Shown in pieces: positions 46,411 to 58,400 of a stretch of 64,000 nucleotides of DNA. Source of the stretch: Candidatus Paceibacter sp. (GTDB lineage: Bacteria > Patescibacteriota > Patescibacteriia > Magasanikbacterales > UBA922); assembly GCA_020725175.1 (NCBI GenBank), contig DYFM01000004.1, positions 20,015-84,014 of the forward strand, in the 5' to 3' direction. The translations under genes and the position numbers were made by a program. The notes under the pieces were generated by a model. That model worked only from the letters and a program-made list of their open reading frames with translations, was not told the origin of the DNA and did no database searches. Position 1 is the first letter of the stretch. Each line of letters starts with the position of its first letter.

Positions 46411-49400
46411 ATGGGAAAAATAATCAAAAGACATTGGCACAAAACACTCCTTCTCGTCCTGCTGGTTTCAGTAGCAGGATTTTTTGGGTTGTTTGGATCA
46501 CGTTATGGTTTTAAGACCGATGTGGTAAAAGCAGATTCACGGACGATTACTTGTAATGGAACCAGTAGAACACTTACGGTTGGTGCATATACCGATGCGG
46601 CAGGAACGACTTTTGAATCAGGATCGGATCTTATTTTGGATCAGGGGAGTGGGGCTTGTACGTTTACGTTGAATGGGACTGTTTCCCTTGCTTCTTTGAA
46701 TGTGGGGAGTGGGGTGACGTTGACGCATAGTGATAATACTACAGCGCAAACATATACATTGGTGTTGAATGTTACTGGGGACGTCACTGTGTCAGGCTCT
46801 ATCGACGTGTCGGGAAAAGGATTTAGCCCTGGCTATGGAAGTGGTGCAGGAATGAATTATAGTGCCGGAAACATGAGTGGTGCTGCATACGGTGGATATG
46901 GTGGAAGCGGTGGGTGGTCATCAAGTTATACAAAAGCCGTTTCATATGGCAGTGCTTTGGCTCCAGCAGAAATCGGTTCTGGAGGTGGAAATGGATATGC
47001 AGCTACCACAGGTGGAGATGGAGGAGGGCATGTGAAGATTACTGCAACCAACCTGACTGTTTCTGGATCAATTTTAGCAAACGGAAATTCGGGTACTATT
47101 TCAGGAGGATATGGAGGCTCTGGTGGATCTGGCGGGAGTGTTTATTTGCTTGTAAGTAGTACAGTGAATTTAACTGGTGCTACCCTGACAGCAAACGGTG
47201 GGAATGGAGCAAATGGAACAGTCAATAATACGTCTGCGGATGGAGGTGCAGGTGGTGGAGGTCGTATTGCTATTGTGAACTACGCGTCATATTCTGCCCC
47301 CACTACGCTCAGTGTTTATGGTGGAACAGCTTATCTCAATGCTCAGGATGGTGGAGCCGGTTCAATATATATCAAAGAAAATGGGACAAATGGGACATTG
47401 ACATATGATAATAATAGTTCTGCCGATAGTATTGGTAGTCGAATTACCGATTCAGCAAACTATACGATCGATGAGTTGGTGTTAAAAAATGGTACTTCAC
47501 TTACTATTCCGTCCGGAGTTACCATCAACTCAAGCCAATCCACTTTTAATAATACTGGGACAAACACTTTAACTCTCGTAGGGATATTCAATCTTACAAA
47601 TACAGAATTTACTTTTCCATCCAACTTAACTTTTTCAGCAAGTGGTAATGCTTCAATCGGAACATCAATTACTTCTTCCACTATTGCAGGCACTGTTACA
47701 TTTACTTATGGGATGACACAGAATCTAAGTAGCCTATCTACTGTAAGGGTGGCATCTGGCGGCACACTTTTTCTTTCTTCATATACTACGTCAAATGCAT
47801 TGACAATAGATACGTTGACTGTAGAAGGTACTTTAACCCACACTGATAATACGACCGCACAAACTCATATAATAAATGTCGTGGCTTCGGACGTCACTGT
47901 CTCCGGTTCAATCAACGTCAACGCCAGAGGATTTGCCGGTGGTGCCACTGGTTCCCATGGGAGTGGAAACGTAAATGGCTATGGTATTGGATATTCAAAC
48001 GGAAATAGTGGTGGGGCTGCATACGGAGGTTATGGCGGAGCCGGCGGATATAACGGAGGGGCAAATGGTAAAGCGACTGCCTATGGGGATGCCCTTGCTC
48101 CGACAGATCTTGGTTCAGGTGGTGGGGGTGGATACAATTCAGCTGGTGGAGATGGTGGAGGAACTATTAAAATTACCGCAACAAACTTGACGGTTACCGG
48201 TTCAATTGTAGCCAATGGCGAAACAGGAAAAACAACAGGTACATACGGTGGAGGTGGGGGATCTGGTGGGAGTATATATTTGGTAGTTAGTAGCACGGTA
48301 GATTTCACTGGGGCAACAATTACTGCTAATGGTGGTAATGGAGGGGATGGAAGTGGTAATGATACATCTGCTAACGCAGGCGCCGGAGGGGGTGGTCGTA
48401 TCGCGATCGTCAACTATAGCTCGTATACGGCACCAACTACCCTGACAGCCTATGGTGGTATTGGACCGACCAATGCCTCTGATGGTGGGGCTGGTTCAAT
48501 TTATATTAAACAAACAGGTACCAACGGCATATTGACATACGATAATGCTGTTTCTGTTGATGGTACCGGGTCAATTATCACCGCTTCTGCCAACTATACC
48601 ATCGATGAACTGGTCTTAAAAAATGGTGCTGCATTGACTCTGCCTTCAGGCGCAACAATCACCTCAAATCAAACAACGTTCAATAATATTGGGACGCCAA
48701 ATCCTACTTTTGTCATTAGTGGAACCTTTAACCCGGGCAACACAAGTTTTATTTTTCCCTCCTCATTTACTACTACTTTTGGCAGCACAGGGGTTTTGAG
48801 TACTGTAACGTCTTCTACACTGCAGGGAACAGCAGGTTGGACATACGGGTTTACGCATAGTTTGTCAAATCTTACTATAGACAGTGGATCGACAGTGACA
48901 CTTTCTTCTTTTACGACATCAAATGCACTCTCCATAGCTACAATTATAATTAATGGGACCCTTACTCATACCGATAATACGACCGCACAAACGCATGTTA
49001 TCAATTTATCGGCAACAGATCTAACTATTGGTGCTTCGGGGTCTATTAGTGGTAATGCTAAAGGATATACCGGCTCATCTGCTGGTACTGTCGGAAACGG
49101 AACCGGTGGAGGTACCTATGCCGGTGGAGCTGGGGGAGCTTCTCATGGGGGTGTTGGTGGGGCAGGAACAAATAGCTCGCAAAAAGCAGCATATGGCAGT
49201 GCATCATTGCCTGTTACCATAGGTTCTGGAGGAGGAGGGGGTTCGGGATGGGGTGGTGGTGATGGTGGGGGGTATGTAAAGGTCCTTGTCTCTAATCTTA
49301 CATTGGCGGGGTCAATTAGTGTCAATGGCGCGGGTGGGACATCCAATGGGTCTTATTCTGGTGGTGGAGGATCTGGAGGCGGAGTTTATTTGAATATTTC

Positions 49401-52400
49401 CGGATCATTTAGTGGTGCAGGTTCTATCTCGGCGGATGGTGGTGATGGTGGGGGTGGTAGTGCTTCCTATGATGGTGGAGGAGGCGGTGGGGGCCGTATT
49501 GCCATTGTTCCTCTTGAAGGATCTCTATCATACACAGGTACAATTACCGTAGATGCAGGTGTTGGTCCGGACGCAGCACAAGATGGTGGTACAGGTACAA
49601 TTTATATTTTACCGAACTCTTCTTTTACTCTTGATGCTTCATATACATCGGCTGCTTGGCCAGGTACAATTTCAGGTACTTCAACCGACCATGATGTGAG
49701 TGTTGCGCAAGTCGATCTCAAGATTCAACGTTTTTCTGATAGTTATTACTGGAACGGTTCAGACTGGACAGCGAGTGAAACCTGGGTGACCTCAACCGGT
49801 ACGAGTACCTGGAGTTATAGTTTTTCGGGTGGTAATATGACTGATGGTACCTATACCGTCACTTCAAGAGCAACGGATAGTGATGGTGAGGTGGAAGCAG
49901 TATTGACTAGTGATAGCTTTACATTTTCTTCCATAGCCAGTGCTCCTCCTGTTGCCGGCGTTCCTGCTTACGCTTCTCAAGCGAGTGATGGTTCCGGTTA
50001 TGTCACAATTACAGCCGAAGTCTCAGACCCAAATTTTGATTCTCTTAAACTTCGAGTTGATTATTCCGATAATGGAGGTATCAATTGGTATGATCCGGAT
50101 TTGGTGAGTGTTAGCGCGTCGGTAGGTACGAATCCGGATCTAGATGATGCTAATGTGTATCAAATTGGAACAGTTAGTAATATCTCTACGGCCTCGAGTA
50201 ATACACTGTCAATTGTGTGGAATACCAAGTCAGCGTCAAATGGGAATGGGGCAATTGCCGGTCGCCAGACTGATATAATGGTTCGTGTTCTTCCAAATGA
50301 TATTATCGGTGAAGGAGATGGAACCTATGCGACTTCTACAGCATTTACGGTAGACAATTCGGCCCCGAGTGGTCCGGGAACTGCCTCTGCCTCATTTTCC
50401 GGCTTAAATGCTTCTATTTTTTGGACTGCAGTGACTGAAGATGAGTTTAGTCGATATGAAATATGGTATGGAACAAGCCAGAGTGATGTAGAAGGGAGGA
50501 CCGGCGCGGCACAACCATACACGACAAGTTCTGATCCTAATCTTTCGAGTACTTCAACCATAAACGTGACTATTTCAAGCTTGTCTCTTGGGCAAATTTA
50601 CTATTTTCAAGTTTTTGCTTTTGATGCTTATGGAAATTATAGTACGTCTACTGTAGTTTCAGGGACGGTGCCTGGCACCCCGCCTACGGTTTCCACACCA
50701 ACCCTTACACAACAATTGTCTGATGGGACGGGTTATATAACATTTACTACTCAAGTTCATGATACTGATACCGAAGATCTTTCGCTTCGAGTTGAATTTT
50801 CCGAAGATGGGAGCGCCTGGCGGAAGGCATATATTGTTACTTCATCGGTCAATTACGGTACCTCTACTATTTTTAATGTAAATACAAATCAAATCAGTGT
50901 TGATCGTTTGAGGGCCAATAATGGCTCTTTGTATTCCGATCTGGTCGCGCATTATGATTTTGATACAGATACCTCGACACTTGCTGATATTACTGGAAAT
51001 GGGTATAACGGTTTTTGGAGTACCGGTGCTGCTTCGCTTACCATCGGTAGATATGACAGTGCCGGGGATTTTGGTGCTCAATATGTACAAGTTAATACTC
51101 CAATATTAAATGACCCGCCTTTTTCTGTTTGTTTGTGGGCCAAACCAGACTCTCTTTCGCCAAGTTCTAATGATTATATTATTGCAAATGGCGCCCATAC
51201 TTCAGCAAAGGGTTTTAGTTTGTATTACAATACAAGTGGATGGAATTGGGTAGTCAAAAATATTTCATACAGCAAAACTCAGGTATTGAGCGCTTCTTCA
51301 GGGTGGAGTTTTTTATGTGGAACTTGGGATGGCACAGATACTGCTGGTGCAGTAAAATTTTATATAAATGGATCAGAAAATTCTACTACTGCAGTTGGTG
51401 GAGGAAGTAGTGTGAGTCAAGATTTAAGAATTGGAGAAGCAAGTGATGCTACAGGATATAGATTTGAAGGCTTAATTGATGAAATTTCAATATTTAATCG
51501 TATCCTTTCGTCTGACGATGTGCTCGAGTTAATGAATGCTCCGTATCCTTCAGGTTCAACCACTACACTCACCATTGTTTGGGATCCCACCTCTGCCTCC
51601 AATGAAGGTGGTGCTCTCACCGGTGAACAAAGTGACATTCAAGTTCGAGTGCGAGCGAACGACAGCTTGCAAAATGGGGAGTACGTAACTTCATCGGAAT
51701 TTAGCGTGGATGTGCAGGCGCCGACCGGCTTAGCAAATCTTGCCGTTACCGCTACTAGTACCAATGGCACGGTGGATCTCTCTTGGAGTGTAACAAGTGA
51801 TACCAATTTCAACCGTTATGAAATTTGGTACGGCTCAAGCAGTTCTGATGTGTCTTCTCGCTCCGGATCAGCCACTCGTTGGACGACCAGTTCTGATAGC
51901 AATCTCTCTAGCGGGGCTACTACCAGTTCTACTCTTACCGGTCTCCCTGGCGGTACCTTGTACTATAGTGTGTTTGCTATTGATGATTATGGAAATACGG
52001 CCACCACGACACAAGTGTCAGCGACTATTGTGCGAGATTTTGTGTCTACTCAAACTGGCAACTGGAATGTAGGTACCACTTGGGGCGGAGCATGTTCTTC
52101 TTCGTGTACTGCCGGAACCGATTTCCCAACCTCTACTGACACCGTGGTAGTTACCAGTACTCATGTGGTTACTATTCCGGCCTCAACCAGTGCCAGCTTC
52201 AATAGTCTTAATATCCGTGGTACTGCCACGGTAAAAATGGTGGGAAACATTGGTACCGGTACGGATATTACCATCGAAAACGGGGCGACATTACAACAAG
52301 AAAATACCTCTCTGCAAACAATTTCCGGAACACTTACCGTGGAGAATGGGGGAACCTTTACACATACTGCCCAAACCGATACATCTTCAAGTGGTGGCTG

Positions 52401-55400
52401 GACTACTCTTTCAAACATTCATTTTTCTGCGGATACAATTCTCATTAATTCTGGAGGGGCGATTACCGCCTCGCAAAAAGGATTTGCCGGAAGTCCTGCG
52501 GCTACAAACGCTTCCGATCTTGCAGCGCAAGGGTATGGTCCGGCCGGAGGATATAAAGCATCCGGGGGAGCGTCTCATGCTGGAACAGGAGGAGCTTCTT
52601 CTTGGAGCGGGGGCGCACAAAATACTACTTATTGTACAAAAACCCTTCCTGCTACGATGGGTTCCGGAGGGTCAGCAGCCCAAGGCACCAGCCCAAATGG
52701 TGATGGTGGAGATGGAGGTGGCTTGATTCAATTATATGCAAATCAAATAACAGTAACTGGTTCAATTTTATCTTTGGGAGGTGATGGAACCGCGGGGTCA
52801 GCTTCCGGTTCAGGGGGTGGTTCTGGTGGAGGAGTATTTGTTTCTACAACAGTCATCAGTGGTTCAGGTACTATTTCTGTCAATGGAGGAAATGGCTACA
52901 GTTATGGAAACTTTAATGGTGGTGGTGGAGGGGCTGGGTGTGTATCCATTATCGGTACAGAAGGGTCACTCTCCGGTTTTAGTGGATCAATCAATAAAAC
53001 CGGGGGTGTGGGGCCTGGTGCCGCTGGTGATGGTGGGGCAGGTACCCTCTACATCCGTCCCGACTCATCAATCACCAGTCTCACCACGAGTTCATACACA
53101 AACTTTTCTTGGTCGGGCACTATCTCCGGTACGTCAACTGATCATGATGATTCTGTTTCAAATGTTCACCTGAGAATTCAGCGAGGCAGTGACTCTCAAT
53201 ACTGGGACGGCAGTACCTGGACGGCGAGTGAAACTTGGGTTACCAGTACCGGAAACACATCGTGGAGTTATGATATCGCGGCCGGAAATTTTACTGATGG
53301 AGTGTCCTACACCATATCATCACGCGCGACCGATTCTGAGTCGGAAGTGGAAAGTGTATATGATACCGCCACTTTTAGTTTCTCAACCGAAGCCAACACA
53401 GCTCCGACCGCTACGGCTCTGAGTGTTTCACAAATTGCTTCTTCCACTGCCAGAGGAATAGTGTATGCCACTACCACGGTTTCGGATTCAAACTTGCAAG
53501 ACACCAGTCTTTACATTGATTACTCGCTTGACAATGGAGTGAATTGGACTTCTTCTACCATTGATGTCTTCAGTATTTCCGGACAAACAAATGGTTACAG
53601 TACCTCGACCGGTCAAATAAGTGGGATCGATTCTTCGGCTGGAGAAAAAACCGTTACCTTTATCTGGTATGCTTACACTGATGCCGGAGCGATTGACATC
53701 TCTTCCGCTCAGCTCAGAGTTACCCCAAACGATGGTACCGTAAACGGCAGTATCCAAACCTCGGCTTCCTTCAATCTCGACACCAATCCACCATCCGGTC
53801 TCGGCTCTTTCACTGTTTCAAGTTACACCTCTGAGCAAGTTCACCTCACTTGGGCGTCTACCACTGATACCAACTTTGATCATTACGAAATCTGGTATGG
53901 TACCAACCAAAATGATGTTCAAAATAGACAAAATACCGCCATCGAATGGGATACGACTGATGATGCTGATCTTGCTATCGCCGGTACCGCCTCGACTACC
54001 ATCACCGGGCTTACTCCTGACACGTACTATTTCAAAATCTTTGCAATTGATAGCTACTACAACGAATCTACTGTCGCCGACATCAATACCACCAACTCAA
54101 ACACGGCACCGACTTCAACCATTTCTGTCCAACCATCCCAAACCACCAACGGCACACAAACAATTTCGTTCACGGCCACCATTCAAGATACCGACGCCAC
54201 GCAAACGAGCATGATCGTGGAACATTCCACTGACGGATCTAGTTGGACTTCTTCTACTATTCTTTCTGTTACCCCGGACTTTGGTTCTGTCACCACATCC
54301 ATCGGACAGATCACCTTAATTGATACCGATCTAGCAGACAACAACACCGTCTCGCTTGCCGTGACTCTGTCTGCTAGTGTCAATTTTCCTAATACCAGCG
54401 ATGATACTGTCTACATCCGCCTTACTCCTCAAGATTCATACGCCAACGGATCAAGTCTCACTAGTTCCGCATTCATTGTCGACACTATCAACCCTACGAC
54501 ACCGGGTTCATTTACGGTTTCAACTTCAACGACATCAACAATTACATTTACATACGGCAGTGCTTCAACTGAGGATCATTTTAGCCAATACAAAGTATAT
54601 TACACCCAAGCAAGTAGTGGGGTTACCATCAACGATACCGAGATAAGCAGTTCTACGGTATCGGCGCTTGGCTCGCGAACTTTCAACGGCGAAACTACCT
54701 TTACTCTTGCGAGTCTTTCTCCAAACCTTCCTTATACCATTACCATCAAGGCTTTTGATAGCTACGGAAATGTTTCCAGTCTAGCAACCGAAACAACCGC
54801 CTATACCAACCCAACCATTCCAATCAGTCTGGCGGTATCTTCTCTCAACGAAACCACGCTGCAGCTTTCTTGGAATGCAAATTCCAATCCATCCGGATCA
54901 ATCTATTACCTTGCCTACAGTGACAATACCTTTATTGCCACCACTACCGCGACCAGTACCAATGTCACCATTGAAACTCCGGGACAAGAATATACCTTTA
55001 AAGTACGAACACAATACGCCAATTCCACAACGACGTATTCTGATTATTCTGCTACTGCAAGCGGGTCGACTACTATCAATCCTCCAAACGCTCCAACCGG
55101 AGTAACACCAGCAAGTGTATCAACATCCACCCTTACGCTTTCATGGACAGATACCAATTCCTACGAAGATAATTATTTTGTATACCTTGATACGACGGAA
55201 GGGGAGAGTGATACGCTGGTTACCACTACAGCATCAAACGTTACTTCAACTGCTATCTCGGGACTAACTCCAAATACCACTTACTACTTCACTGTTGTCG
55301 CTTCCAACACGGCCGGTACTGCAACATCTACTCAATCTAGCACAACAACAATTTCACTGTCACCTGATGCTCCGACAGATCTTACGGTAACAAACATTCA

Positions 55401-58400
55401 ATCAACCTCACTTACATTGAGTTGGACGGATAACACCAGTGGTACCAACGCGGAAGATAATTTTATTGTGAAGTATGGGACCAGTACCGGATCATATTCC
55501 ACCACTGCCACGACGACTCAAGCCAATACCACCTCAAGCACAGTTACCGGTCTTACTCCCAACACCGAGTATTTCTTTGTTGTCCTGGCAACGAACGAAG
55601 CTGGTACCGCTACCTCAACCGAATTTTCAACCACCACACTTGATTCCGCTCCTACCGCTCCAACCAATCTTACTGTTTCAAATAAATCAACTTCAACACT
55701 TACCCTCTCATGGGATGACAATGCCAACAATGAAACATCGCAGACCGTTCTTTACGATACGGACAACAATTCATTCAACAATAGTTCATCTCAATCTGCC
55801 AACACTACTTCAACATCAATTACCGGTCTTACTCCTAATACTCAATACTATTTCAAAGTGAGAAGTACCAACGCCGGTGGTTCAAACGATTCAACAGTCA
55901 CTACTACCTACACCACTGCCAACGCACCGACTATTTTGTCTATTACTGCTGTTTCCTACGATCGTATTTCTCTGAGCTGGAACGCAAACACGAACCCAAG
56001 TGGTACGGTATATGAAGTGACTCGAGTTAATGGTGAAGATATACTACTCGCCACTACAACCGAAACCAGCTACACGGTTACCGGCCTTGACGTCGAAACC
56101 ACCTACACCTTCAAAGTTCGGGCGATCAATGCGGATGGCTCTGGGTACTCCAATTATTCTGACCCCGAGGCAGAGGCAACAACGAGTATCGATCCTCCTA
56201 CCGCCGCCTCAGGACTTAGCTTTAGTTCTGTTGCGAGTAGTTCCCTGGTTATTTCCTGGACAGACAATTCCACTGGTTCAGCCGAAGAAACCTCTTTTAG
56301 TGTCAAGTATGGTACTGCTTCTGGAACCTATTCAAACACTGCTACCACCACGGCTGCCAATGTTACCTCAAGTACTGTCACCGGTCTATCTCCAAGTACG
56401 ACGTACTACTTCGTGGTCATCGCAAGCAACAGTTCCGGTTCAACCACTTCTACCCAGGCAAGTACTTCAACCGTTATTTACGCGCCAGCCGCACCAAGTG
56501 GGGTAACGATTCTTTCTACCACGGCGGACACCCTCAGTCTTTCGTGGACAGACAATAGTAGTGGTGATACCCAAGAAGCGGACTTTTTGATTGAATATGG
56601 TACTGATGGTGTGAGTTTCCCAAGTAGTACAACCGTCGCCGCCAACGAAACAACGGCGCTCCTGACGAGTCTTACTCCAAACTCGACCTATTATGTTCGA
56701 GTAACTGCGAGAAACAGTGCCGGATCGGCAACCAGTGATAGTGTTTCATCAGCCACCAGTATTGGACTTCCGCCAAAACCAAGTAGTCTCACCTTTAGCG
56801 CTGTCTCTACCTCTTCTCTGACGATCACATGGACCGACAATTCTTCCGGAGATTATCAAGAAGCATCTTTCACGGTTGCCTACACTACCGACGGCTCTAC
56901 CTATACCACCGCCACTACCACTGCTCCAGACACCACGAGCGCGAGTGTGGATAGTCTCACTCCAAACACCACCTATGTTTTCAAAGTTACCGCGACCAAT
57001 GCCAGTGGTTCGGGTATTTCTGATACCGAAACAACTACCACACTTCCTTTGGCTCCGGCAGCAGCGAGTGGGCTGAGTGTGGCCAGTACCACTCCAAGTT
57101 CAGTTACACTCACCTGGACTGACAATACGGGAAGCACTGATAATGAAGAATACTTTACTATTGAATATGGAACTGACGGAGTCTCCTTCAACAATTCTCT
57201 CATTGCTATTAAAGACACCACTTCGCGAACGGTGAGTGGGCTTTCTCCAAGTACTACCTACTACTTTAGAATTGCCGCTAATAACAGTGCCGGTTCAAGC
57301 ACCTCAGACGTGGTATCAGCTACTACCAATGTGGGGGCTCCAATGGTACCGGGAAGTTTGACAGCGGTTTCAGTCACTACCTCAACCGTTTCACTGACTT
57401 GGGTAGACAACAGTAGTGGAGAAAATGAAGAAGATAATTTTATTGTGAAGTACGGAACAGACGGTGTAAACTATGGCACTACTGCCACCACCACCGGTCA
57501 ACACGTGCAGGCCGCGACCGTTACAGGTTTAACACCAGGTCTCCGCTATTACTTCATCGTCGAAGCACGTAATACCACTGATGCGGCGGTGTCCCAAGAT
57601 GTTATCGTTACCATGTTGCCAAATGCTCCTGGTGCGCCAACTCTCGAAAGCGCGAGTGCTACGTCGATTCAATTGAGTTTTGCTGCCAATGGGAACAATG
57701 CTGAGGTGGATTATGCTATTTATAATGAAACAACTGGTAAGTACATCAATACAGTTAGCAATGAACCAAGTCTCTCGGCTGGATGGCAAACAGCCGCACA
57801 GTGGGGAAGTCCGATCACTGTTTCCGGTCTAGCGCCAAACACGAGTCATGTGTTCAAAGTTCGCGCACGGAATGCCAACGGAGACTTTTCGGAATATTCA
57901 GCAACGTCTAGTCTCTATACGCTTGCGGCGACCCCTACCCGCCTGAGTGCCAGTGTGGCGTCTGCTACGAGCATTACGGTTTCTTGGAATGCCAATAGTA
58001 ATCCTAGTGGCACGGTGTATGAAATCTATGACTACACCAATACTACCGTTCTCACAACCACCACGGAAACCAGTTATTCTCTTACCGGACTCGGGATCAA
58101 TACCGGGTATCGGTTTCAAGTCCGGGCCGAACATGCCGGAAGCCCGGGGACTTATTCCGATTATACTTCTCCACCAAGCACTCTGCTATACACCCTTGCC
58201 ACCGCGCCAAACCCGGCTGTCGTGAGTAGTGTCTCCACTTCATCGTTTACTATCCTCTTTAGTGATAGTGATACCAATCCAAGTCACACCAAGTACGCGA
58301 TTCGAATTGGTGATAGTCAATATCTTCAAGCTGATGGATCATTGAGTGCTAGCACGCTTTACCAAACCGAGACGGTGTGGAATTCTCCAAGTTACGTGGG

